DNA of 64,000 nucleotides from Anaerolineae bacterium (GTDB taxonomy: Bacteria; Chloroflexota; Anaerolineae; JAAEKA01): contig JBAQCH010000033.1 in assembly GCA_049294015.1 (NCBI GenBank), positions 25,049 to 89,048 on the forward strand. The letters run 5' to 3'. Positions 28,390 through 35,784 of this stretch are shown here, piece after piece. Each line of letters opens with the position of its first letter. Position 1 is the stretch's first letter. The translations under genes and the position numbers were made by a program. The notes beneath the pieces were generated by a model. That model did no database searches. It worked only from the letters and a program-made list of their open reading frames with translations, and was not told the origin of the DNA.

Positions 28390-29094
28390 ATGCAATGGCC
28401 CACCCCCCTCCAGCCAGCCCGCTTCGTGCGCCGCGAGAACCGTTTCCGCGCCATCGTCGACTGCGATGGGGAGTTGCTGGCCGCGCACGTGCCCAACTCC
28501 GGCCGGCTGGGCGAGCTGTTCACGCCCGGCGCGGCCGTCTGGGTGGCGCCTTTTCCGGATCTGATCGGACGCAAGACTGCCTGCCATCTGGCGCTGGTGG
28601 CGTATGCCGGCGCGCTGGTGTCGGTGGACGCGCGCCTGCCCAACCGGCTGGTGGCCGAAGCGCTGGGCGCGGGCCGGTTGGCGCCGCTGGCCGGCTACGA
28701 CCACGTCCAAAGCGAGGTGCGCGTTGGGGCCAGCCGGCTGGACTTCCTGCTCAGCGATGGCCCCGGCCCGAGCCGGCCGCGCTGCTGGCTGGAGGTCAAG
28801 TCGGTCACGCTGGTCGAGAATGGCCTGGCCCTCTTTCCTGACGCGCCCACGACGCGCGGCGTCAAGCACCTGGCTGAGCTGGCCGCGCTGCGCCGCGCCG
28901 GCGATCGGTCGGCCGTGGGCTTCGTGGTGCAGCGCAGCGATGCTGTACGCTTTGCCCCCCACGCCACAGCCGACCCGGCCTTTGCGGCGGCGCTGCGGCA
29001 GGCGCAACGCGCGGGTGTTGAGGTATACGCCTGGCGCTGCGCGCTGGACTATAACGCGATAGAGCTTACAGACCAGATCCCGCTCGAATGTTAA
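28390..29094 (+). CDS. sfsA: sugar fermentation stimulation protein A
   Basis: ARFVRRENRFRAIV...HVPNSGRLGEL...RLDFLL...EVKSVTL...FPDAPTTRGVKHL is full-length SfsA-like. Confidence 0.9.
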   Translation: MQWPTPLQPARFVRRENRFRAIVDCDGELLAAHVPNSGRLGELFTPGAAVWVAPFPDLIGRKTACHLALVAYAGALVSVDARLPNRLVAEALGAGRLAPLAGYDHVQSEVRVGASRLDFLLSDGPGPSRPRCWLEVKSVTLVENGLALFPDAPTTRGVKHLAELAALRRAGDRSAVGFVVQRSDAVRFAPHATADPAFAAALRQAQRAGVEVYAWRCALDYNAIELTDQIPLEC

Positions 29095-29107
29095 GCTGGC
29101 GCTATAG

Positions 29108-29136
29108 TTGACAGATAGGCAATAGTATGTGATAAT
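29108..29136 (+). promoter_or_regulatory. near-consensus promoter of an orphan short transcript
   Basis: TTGACA (29108-29113), 17-nt spacer, GATAAT (29131-29136). Confidence 0.5.
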
Positions 29137-29142
29137 CGGACA

Positions 29143-29306
29143 CGTTCGGCGTAATGCCGACCCCTCCAACGCTATCCTTACAACAGGAGGTGATGCTAAT
29201 GTGTAGTCATGACCCAAGCGCCGTAGCATCACCTCGGATTATCCGATAAACTGCTACGGCGCGAAAACGAACGGGCTGCCCTTCCAGGGGCAGCCCGTTT
29301 GTGTTT
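29143..29306 (+). ncRNA. candidate structured small RNA or leader-peptide unit, unknown class
   Basis: Bounded by the promoter above and by the hairpin aacgggctgccc/gggcagcccgtt + tgtgttt (29270-29306). It contains mutually exclusive helices 29189-29198/29224-29233 and 29218-29228/29252-29262. Confidence 0.4.
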
Positions 29307-29409
29307 AGCAAGGGTTGAATGACCAGCGCAGGATGGTAGATTGGCGTGGGTTGAGTAGGCCGCCGTATCGAAACCCACACCGTCAACCCCCCTGCGCGCT
29401 GACGACCAT

Positions 29410-29928
29410 CTAGAACAGGTACTTGTTCCATGCCTCGCGCTGATTGTTCTCGCCCAAAAAAGCCAGAGCCACGTAGCGCGGACGACGCGGTGGTCGCGCC
29501 AGCACCATCAGCGCCTCTTTGGGGGTGCGGTTGCCCTTTTTCTGGTTGCAAATGCGGCAGGCCACCACGACGTTCTCCCATTCGGTCTTGCCCCCGCGGC
29601 TGCGCGGCAGCACATGATCAAGAGTCAGCTCAACGCGCTGAGGCGTCGCGCCGCAGTATTGGCAGGTGTACTGGTCGCGTGCCATGATGGTGCGTCGGGA
29701 GAGGGGCAGCGTCATCGAGCGCGGGATGCGCACGTAGTAGACCATGCGGATCACCAACGGCACCGGCATGGCCACGCCGCGCGCGCGCAGCGTGGTCTCG
29801 GCTGCTTCCAGCAACTCGGCCTTCTCCTTCAGCAGCAGGACGATAGCTCGCTTGATCGATACCACGCTGAGTGGTTCGTAGGTGGCGTTGAGCACCAGCA
29901 CCGAGGTCACGGCTATGCTCGCCTCCAA
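29410..29928 (-). CDS. HNH endonuclease
   Basis: CQYCGATP...LTLDHVLPRSRGGKTEWENVVVACRICNQKKGNRTP. Confidence 0.8.
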   Translation of the reverse strand: MEASIAVTSVLVLNATYEPLSVVSIKRAIVLLLKEKAELLEAAETTLRARGVAMPVPLVIRMVYYVRIPRSMTLPLSRRTIMARDQYTCQYCGATPQRVELTLDHVLPRSRGGKTEWENVVVACRICNQKKGNRTPKEALMVLARPPRRPRYVALAFLGENNQREAWNKYLF

Positions 29929-30013
29929 TTGACCAATAAAGGGACCGATGCCTCCGGCGACAGAACAAAAAACGCCCAGACAAACAATGTCTGGGCGTGC
30001 TGAACCAAGCCGA

Positions 30014-30090
30014 TGGGGTGACCAGTGGGGCTCGAACCCACGACCTCCTGGGCCACAACCAGGTGCTCTGCCAATTGAGCTATGGTCACC
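30014..30090 (-). tRNA. tRNA-His (GTG), with G-1 and encoded CCA
   Basis: Manual cloverleaf: anticodon arm cctgg-ttGTGgc-ccagg, T arm gtggg-ttcgagc-cccac, extra 5' G opposite discriminator C. Confidence 0.85.
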
Positions 30091-30146
30091 ATACTACCTT
30101 CGTTCAACCTGCTCTGTTAACGGCGGTCATCGACCAAAGGCGCAAG

Positions 30147-30217
30147 CTCGGGGACATGGATTCGAACCATGATTAGAGGATCCAAAGTCCCCTGTCCTGC
30201 CATTAGACGATCCCCGA
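30147..30217 (-). tRNA. tRNA-Gln (TTG)
   Basis: Acceptor TCGGGGA/TCCCCGA with U1-A72; anticodon loop ctTTGga; T arm catgg-ttcgaat-ccatg. Confidence 0.8.
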
Positions 30218-30249
30218 ATACTGCCCCAGACGCACTCCGGGGAAAGACC

Positions 30250-30325
30250 TGGTGCCGAGGCCCAGACTTGAACTGGGGACTCCGCAATTTTCAGTCGCGT
30301 GCTCTACCAACTGAGCTACCTCGGC
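30250..30325 (-). tRNA. tRNA-Phe (GAA), encoded CCA
   Basis: GCCGAGGTAGCTCAGTTGGTAGAGC...; anticodon loop ctGAAaa; 76 nt. Confidence 0.9.
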
Positions 30326-30417
30326 ATGGAAAGCGCGTCGCAGGGCCCTTAATCAAACCAGCGTATGCCACTGAAACTTCAATGCCATACGCCAGATGCC
30401 ACTGCTAGTCGCTCAAG

Positions 30418-30489
<72 letters not shown>

Positions 30490-30545
30490 ATTGACACTCT
30501 GTTGTGGAGGTAAGTAAACGTTCTGCTGCCGCCAGCGCCGCGGAG

Positions 30546-30618
<73 letters not shown>

Positions 30619-30726
30619 GTACTGCCAGAACGCCCTTACCATCACTAATTTGTAAAAGCTCAACTGCCCGACAACGACGTATTTTATCCATGTTGTGATA
30701 TTAGTCAAGAATCGAAACCTTGTCAG

Positions 30727-30810
30727 TGCCGACGGGGAGATTTGAACTCCCACGACCGTTAGGTCACCAGATCCTAAGTCTGACGCGTCTGCCAGTTCCG
30801 CCACGTCGGC
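30727..30810 (-). tRNA. tRNA-Leu (TAG)
   Basis: Anticodon loop ctTAGga, 15-nt variable arm, 84 nt. Confidence 0.85.
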
Positions 30811-30828
30811 AATCAAGAGCGAAGTAGA

Positions 30829-31266
30829 AACAAGCTGGATGTACCCCCGATTCTGTCGAGGCCGTCATCTGTCTCTCAGGTCCTCAGACCTAAGGCCGGT
30901 CCTGGCTTGCCGGGTGTTACCCGGCCTCGCCGTCCCTGCTGCGACGAGACCGAACTGCTCGCGCAGCCCGGCCCACTCGCCTTGCTCCCAGTTGCACGCT
31001 CGCCTAGCCGGCGACATCGCCGCCGCCGCTGGTGGGCTCTTACCCCACCGTTTCAGCCCTGACGGGGCCGCTGTTGCCAGCGGCCTGCGCCGGGAGTGCT
31101 TTCTGTTGCGGTTGTAGTCGCTGCGCCCTTGCGGCCGCAGCGCCCTCACTTGCTGTTTCGTGAGGCAACCTTCTCACGTCCCCCGAAGGGGGCGCGAGCG
31201 GGAGTCGGGAAGTTCCTCTGGCCGCCCGCACAACGGACGACCAGCGACGGCGCTCCAGCCTGTCCT
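30829..31266 (-). ncRNA. rnpB: RNase P RNA, bacterial type A-like
   Basis: Minus strand carries GGGCUGAAACGGUGGGGUAAGAGCCCACC, GCAACAGAAAGCA, GGGAGCAAGGC, AGAUGACGGCCUCGACAGAAUC and P1 CAGGCUGGA/UCCAGCUUG. Ends are approximate. Confidence 0.75.
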
Positions 31267-31302
31267 ATCCTTTTGTCAAGGTGCTTCGCTGCTGACGGTG
31301 GG

Positions 31303-31332
31303 ATTATACCACAGGGAGCGCATAGGGCACAA
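31303..31332 (-). promoter_or_regulatory. candidate rnpB promoter with extended -10
   Basis: Minus strand reads TTGTGC, 18-nt spacer ending in TGG, then TATAAT. Confidence 0.35.
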
Positions 31333-31343
31333 AGCGGGCCCAC

Positions 31344-31423
31344 ACTTCGGAAGTCGCCAACTTAGGTAACATCTGGGCCACAGTGATGGACTCTGCTTCT
31401 ATAAATGCGGCGACTTCCGAAGT
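31344..31423. repeat. 15-bp perfect inverted repeat downstream of moaDE
   Basis: acttcggaagtcgcc (31344-31358) and ggcgacttccgaagt (31409-31423). No U-tract follows, so terminator function is uncertain. Confidence 0.6.
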
Positions 31424-31430
31424 CTGCACC

Positions 31431-32231
31431 TCAAGGTAGGATGACGGACTGCGCCGGATTGGCCTCGCGCGGGCCTTCGACCCACCACTGACCATCCTGG
31501 CCAACCTCTTTCTTCCAGACAGGCACGATGGCCTTGAGCCGCTCGATGGCGTAGCTGCACGCGTCGAAGGCACCCTTGCGATGGGCCGCCGCCACGGCGA
31601 TAATCACGCTGGGCTCGCCCACTTCGATGCGGCCAACGCGGTGGACGATGCCGACAGCTTCGATCTGCGGCCAGCGTTCCTGCACCTCTGCGCCGATCTG
31701 GGCCATCACCGCCTCGGCCATCTCAGCGTAGGCCTCGTACTCCAGATAATCGGTGCGCAGCCGGCCTTGCTCATCGCCGCTGACCGCCTGCGGCGCGGCC
31801 GCGTAGGGGTTGGCCAGGTCGGTCTCGCCCCGCACCAGGCCGGTGAAGACGGTCACAGCGCCGCGGTTGGGCGCGGCCACGCGGCCGGCCACATCGTCCA
31901 GCGACAGGCGCGCCTCGGTGATCTCGAACAGCCGCGGCCCAGGCTGCCCACCGCTGACCGGCGGAAACAGTCCCACCTCGTCGCCCGGCTTCAAGATGGT
32001 ATCCTGGCCGGCATAGACACGGTTGACCGAGGCAAAGATCGCGCCGGCCGCCGTGGGCAACTGCGGATACTCGGCCGCCAACGCCCGCACCAAATCCGCC
32101 ACCGTTGCGCCCAATGGCAGGCTGTGGCTCAACGTCCCCACGCCCACCGCCTGGCGCAAGGAGGCAAACAAGCGCACTTGCACGTCAATGGTTGGTAGAT
32201 TGGTAGATTGGTAGATTGGTAGATTGGTCAT
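31431..32231 (-). CDS. molybdopterin synthase MoaD-MoaE fusion
   Basis: MoaD-like [12 protein letters not shown]...FPPVSGG, then MoaE-like [12 protein letters not shown]...[15 protein letters not shown] 32231 lies in a repeat array, so GTG 32183 or 32177 are likelier starts. Confidence 0.85.
   Translation of the reverse strand: MTNLPIYQSTNLPTIDVQVRLFASLRQAVGVGTLSHSLPLGATVADLVRALAAEYPQLPTAAGAIFASVNRVYAGQDTILKPGDEVGLFPPVSGGQPGPRLFEITEARLSLDDVAGRVAAPNRGAVTVFTGLVRGETDLANPYAAAPQAVSGDEQGRLRTDYLEYEAYAEMAEAVMAQIGAEVQERWPQIEAVGIVHRVGRIEVGEPSVIIAVAAAHRKGAFDACSYAIERLKAIVPVWKKEVGQDGQWWVEGPREANPAQSVILP
32192..32230. repeat. direct array of 8-mer TTGGTAGA (4 units + ttggtca)
   Basis: ttggtaga x4 read directly. 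It produces the spurious N-terminus [13 protein letters not shown] on the minus strand. Confidence 0.9.
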
Positions 32232-32256
32232 TGCCGTGTACGTCCGGTTCTTCGCA

Positions 32257-32290
32257 TGTCACCCTGTCACCTTGTCACCTTGTCACCCAG
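32257..32290. repeat. direct array of 8-mer TGTCACCY (minus strand GGTGACAR)
   Basis: tgtcaccc tgtcacct tgtcacct tgtcaccc. The moaC stop TGA (32275-32277) and its last codons lie inside. Confidence 0.85.
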
Positions 32291-32790
32291 TCGCCGCTCT
32301 TCCCCCCGCGCTTCTCCAGCAGCCGGATCTCGCCGATGACTATGCCCTTCTCCAGCGCCTTGGCCATGTCGTAGACGGTCAACGCCGCGGCCGCGACTGC
32401 GGTCAGCGCTTCCATCTCGACGCCGGTCTGGCCGTGACAGCGCACCGTGGCCATTATGACAACCCGGCTGTTGTCCACATCCGGCTGCAAGTCAACGGCC
32501 ACCTGGCTGAGCAGCAAGGGATGGCACAACGGGATCAGGTCGGGGGTGCGCTTGGCGGCCATGATGCCGGCGATGCGGGCCGTGCCCAGCACGTCGCCCT
32601 TGGGCAGGTCGCCGGCCACGATGGCAGCCAGCGTCGCAGGGGCCATGCGCACCTCGCCCGCGGCCATGGCCACGCGCTCGGTCTCAGCCTTGTGGCCGAC
32701 ATCGACCATACGGGCCGCGCCGTGCTCGTCCAGATGTGTTAGCTGTGCGGTGGGTTCTACTTGACGGGAAGGGAACTCAGAGGAACTCAT
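32275..32790 (-). CDS. moaC: cyclic pyranopterin monophosphate synthase
   Basis: [18 protein letters not shown]...IPLCHPL...GVEMEALTA...YDMAK; start set at ATG 32790. Confidence 0.9.
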   Translation of the reverse strand: MSSSEFPSRQVEPTAQLTHLDEHGAARMVDVGHKAETERVAMAAGEVRMAPATLAAIVAGDLPKGDVLGTARIAGIMAAKRTPDLIPLCHPLLLSQVAVDLQPDVDNSRVVIMATVRCHGQTGVEMEALTAVAAAALTVYDMAKALEKGIVIGEIRLLEKRGGKSGDWVTR

Positions 32791-32818
32791 AGGAACTCGC
32801 TTGGGTCGAGAGACAGGG

Positions 32819-34087
32819 TCAGGCGGCCAGCCAGCCGTCGTCCAGCAGCAGCGCCGGCCGCTCGACGCCGGCCGGCAGCACACCGGTCGCCTGTTCCAGC
32901 ACCAGCAACCCATTGGCGCCGCTGGCCGACAGCAGCCGGCTGGAGGCCTGACTGCCGGTGGAGACGGCCACGAAGCGGCCATCTTCGCGACGCAGGGTCA
33001 CGCGGTGGTATTCCGGCCGCTCCGGGTCCAGGCGCAACTCGTGGCCAAGCGCGGCGTTGATCTGTGGCAGGCCCACAGCTTGATAGCCCAGCAGACGGCG
33101 GATGGCCGGCCGCACGAAAAGCTGGAAAGTGACCAACGACGAAACGGGATTGCCCGGCAGGGCGAAGATTGGCTTAGCCCGCCCAGCAGGATCGATCTGC
33201 CCGTTAGCCGACCTCGCTGGCAGTGTGGCGAAGGTCATCGGCTTGCCTGGCTTCATCTGCACGCGGCCGAAATGGACCACGCCCCAGCGGGCCAACAGCG
33301 GCTTGAGCAGGTCCAACTCGCCCATGCTGACGCCGCCCGAGCTGACCAGCAGGTCGGCCGCGACCAGCCCGGCCGCCAGCTTCTGCTCCAACTCGCCCGG
33401 CCGGTCACGGATGATACCCAGGTCCAGCGGCTGGCCGCCGGCCTGGGCCACGGCTGCCAGCAGGATGGGTCGATTGCTGTCGTAGATCTGGCCCAGAGCC
33501 AACGGTTGGCCTGGCTCCGCCAGTTCGTCCCCGGTGGAGAAGACGCCCACCACGGGCCGGCGGTGGACCAGCGCTCGATCCATGCCCAACGAGGCCAGCA
33601 CGCCCAGCTCTGCCGGTCCTAACACCTGGTCGGCCGTCAGCACCTGCTGGCCGGCCTGCACATCCGAACCGACCGGCCGGATACCCAGGCCGGGGCGCAA
33701 GTTTTGGCCTGGGTGCGGCGTCACCCAGCCGTCCACCTCGTCGGCGCGTTCGACCATCACCACCGCGTCCGCGCCGGGCGGGATGGGCGCGCCGGTGGTG
33801 ATGCGCGCAGCCGTGCCCGGCTCAACTACGATCTCCGCCACGTAGCCAGCCATCTGCTCGCCGATCAACCGCCGCGGGCCAGCGCCGTCGGCGGCGATCA
33901 AGGCGAATCCATCCACCACCGCGGCGGGAAAGGGGGGCTGCGCGGCCGGGGCATGCACGTCCTCAGCCAGCACCCGACCCAAGGCATCGTGCAGCGGCGT
34001 CAGCTCAGCTGGCAATGGCGCAACCTGGCTCAAAATAATGGCGAGGGCATCCTCGACGGAGACCATTGGATACGACGATTCACGCAT
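32819..34087 (-). CDS. moeA: molybdopterin molybdenumtransferase
   Basis: 422 aa; [42 protein letters not shown]. Confidence 0.9.
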   Translation of the reverse strand: MRESSYPMVSVEDALAIILSQVAPLPAELTPLHDALGRVLAEDVHAPAAQPPFPAAVVDGFALIAADGAGPRRLIGEQMAGYVAEIVVEPGTAARITTGAPIPPGADAVVMVERADEVDGWVTPHPGQNLRPGLGIRPVGSDVQAGQQVLTADQVLGPAELGVLASLGMDRALVHRRPVVGVFSTGDELAEPGQPLALGQIYDSNRPILLAAVAQAGGQPLDLGIIRDRPGELEQKLAAGLVAADLLVSSGGVSMGELDLLKPLLARWGVVHFGRVQMKPGKPMTFATLPARSANGQIDPAGRAKPIFALPGNPVSSLVTFQLFVRPAIRRLLGYQAVGLPQINAALGHELRLDPERPEYHRVTLRREDGRFVAVSTGSQASSRLLSASGANGLLVLEQATGVLPAGVERPALLLDDGWLAA

Positions 34088-34095
34088 GGCATTGG

Positions 34096-34123
34096 ATTAT
34101 ACGGATTGCGAGGTGAGAGGCAA
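34096..34123 (-). promoter_or_regulatory. candidate promoter placing the moeA ATG at the transcript 5' end
   Basis: Minus strand: TTGCCT (34123-34118), 16-nt spacer, TATAAT (34101-34096), then 8 nt to ATG 34087. Confidence 0.4.
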
Positions 34124-34278
34124 GTCAGGGAGAGCGAGTAGCAACCCCAGTGAATTGAGCGCGTTTGGCAACAGGTTGTGCTTGATGTACAATACCTGTT
34201 GCTTGAATTATGTTCGTAGTGGCAGAGATCGATGATTGAGTTTCGAATTCTCAGCACAATCAGAGATACGGGTGATCG

Positions 34279-34500
34279 ATGAATAAGTACGTGATCTGCA
34301 TCAACAACGGTACGAATCCAGCAAGCTTGATTTTGGGCAAGGTTTACCGCACTGTAGCGGATTCCAAAGCGGCATCACACAACATGCTGCGCGTCCTCGA
34401 TGAGGATAGGTCGGAACCCGACGGCTATCTGTATCCGGCATCGATGTTCGTCGCCATTACACTGCCAGAAGAGGCGGAGAGCGTGTTGGTGATGGCGTAG
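34279..34500 (+). CDS. hypothetical small protein (73 aa)
   Basis: ORF in an islet that looks AT-richer by eye; no motif recognised. Confidence 0.4.
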   Translation: MNKYVICINNGTNPASLILGKVYRTVADSKAASHNMLRVLDEDRSEPDGYLYPASMFVAITLPEEAESVLVMA

Positions 34501-34506
34501 CGTGAC

Positions 34507-34638
34507 ATGAACGAAGCCGACACCTGCCGCATCCACGTCGAGCCCAAGCTGCGGGACGCGGGGTGGGAGACGCAGCAGGCTGAGCTGGATGCGCTGCTGC
34601 CGGCGGTGCTGGATCGGACGTTTTGGGGGGAGTTGTAG
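34507..34638 (+). pseudogene. type I restriction-modification scar (HsdR N-terminus fused to HsdS-like C-terminus, 43 codons)
   Basis: MNEADTCRIHVEPKLRDAGWE is an HsdR-type N-terminus; QAELDALLPAVLDRTFWGEL is a typical HsdS C-terminal tail. Confidence 0.5.
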
Positions 34639-34674
34639 AGAGCCGGGAGGCTGCGGGGAGGAGGAGGTCGCCGG

Positions 34675-35058
34675 CTATTCCAACGACACAAGCGTGATGA
34701 TGGTTTGCTCTGCGGACTTGATTGTCAATTCCGCCATGGCTCGCGGCGTCTGAGTTAGCGTCAGATCGTAATCGGCCTGGTTGCGCGACTTGCGCATGCG
34801 ATCCAGGTCGGACGCGATCTTCTTGCGTACTCGATCAGCGCCTAGCGTACGGAAGTGGCGACTGATGCCTTGATGGTCGTCGCCGCTGAAGGTAGGGATG
34901 TAGCCTTCTGCCTGTGCGCGTTGCGATGCCAGATGCAGCGCTGCATAATAGGCGCGGCTGGTGGCAGTGCGCAGCGCAGCCTCCTCCGGCCCAGGCGAGG
35001 CTGGCGATGCAGACAGGTTCTTGGCCAGGGCCAGGTAATCCATCCACTCAAAGGTCAT
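34675..35058 (-). CDS. hypothetical helical protein, weak HEPN-like features
   Basis: 127 aa; AALRTATSRAYYAALH and RMRKSRNQADYD motifs; overlaps the upstream partner by 11 nt. Confidence 0.5.
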   Translation of the reverse strand: MTFEWMDYLALAKNLSASPASPGPEEAALRTATSRAYYAALHLASQRAQAEGYIPTFSGDDHQGISRHFRTLGADRVRKKIASDLDRMRKSRNQADYDLTLTQTPRAMAELTIKSAEQTIITLVSLE

Positions 35059-35533
35059 AGAATTCCAGGTTGAAGTTCACCAACTCACCAAACAGGTCGA
35101 CTTGGTCGAGGTACCAGCTGTCGTCGAACTGATCAAGGCGCGCCATAGCTTCGTCTACCGGCATGGCAGTACGGATGTTGACAAACAGAAAATCGCTGGG
35201 AGCTGAAGCCTCCGGGTCTCGCACGACTTCCAGCACAAATTTGGGCTCATGGCCAAACAACCGGCGCAGTTCTTGATGGCTTGCCTGTAGGAAGTCTGTC
35301 AACTGCGGGTGGCTGGCGCTGTACACGGCAAAGTCCGCCGCATTGCGCAGTTCAAAGCTATCTGCCAGGCGCGCAGAGCTAGCCGCAGTTGTCTTGGTTG
35401 CTCCCGTCCCGCCCCCTTTGAGAGGCGTACGTCGAACCGCCTTCGGTTTGTCCAAGGCTAGCAAGGCCAGTTCTAAGGGTTCAAGAACGGCACCGGTTTT
35501 CTGATTGTGCAAAGTATCAAATCCGCTAGTCAT
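35048..35533 (-). CDS. hypothetical protein, upstream partner of the HEPN-like gene
   Basis: 161 aa from ATG 35533; no recognised motif. Confidence 0.45.
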   Translation of the reverse strand: MTSGFDTLHNQKTGAVLEPLELALLALDKPKAVRRTPLKGGGTGATKTTAASSARLADSFELRNAADFAVYSASHPQLTDFLQASHQELRRLFGHEPKFVLEVVRDPEASAPSDFLFVNIRTAMPVDEAMARLDQFDDSWYLDQVDLFGELVNFNLEFYDL

Positions 35534-35784
35534 GGTACCAAGTATAGCAGGATGGATAGCATCCGTCAAACTCAATCTCCGGGGTAACGCTGCCCACTTT
35601 GGAGCAGATCGGCTGTGCCAGTGTCGCAAAGAACAGGCTGTCGAACTGTCCCCACCCAGTTCGACCTCCGGGTGAAAAGCCATTCCAAGAACGCATCGGT
35701 AGGGGCAAAATAGGCTGGCCCGGCCAACGGGTGTAGAATGGACTCCGTCACACCATCCTCATCCACGCCCGGAGACCCATCGCC

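Noticed and set aside
29330-29400. A solitary ggtagattgg unit followed by a gtgggtt...aacccac hairpin as a further repeat element
   Set aside because: There is a single unit only with no tandem structure. It may be a decayed copy, but I cannot support that from this sequence alone.
32184-32231. N-terminal extensions such as [13 protein letters not shown] (moaDE), MVDWS...IYQSANLP (46455), MVGGRLVDWS...YQFTNLPIPNLP (62879) and MVRGRLVAWS...TNLPIYHFTNLPVYQSTN (63799) might be real coding sequence or a signal peptide
   Set aside because: They are translations of the stop-free repeat arm. Conserved protein N-termini with RBS-like sequences begin downstream (for example ATG 62780 and 63676).
34088-34278. 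Moco riboswitch upstream of moeA
   Set aside because: A promoter-like element ends 8 nt before the ATG. No conserved Moco-motif-like sequence was recognisable by eye.
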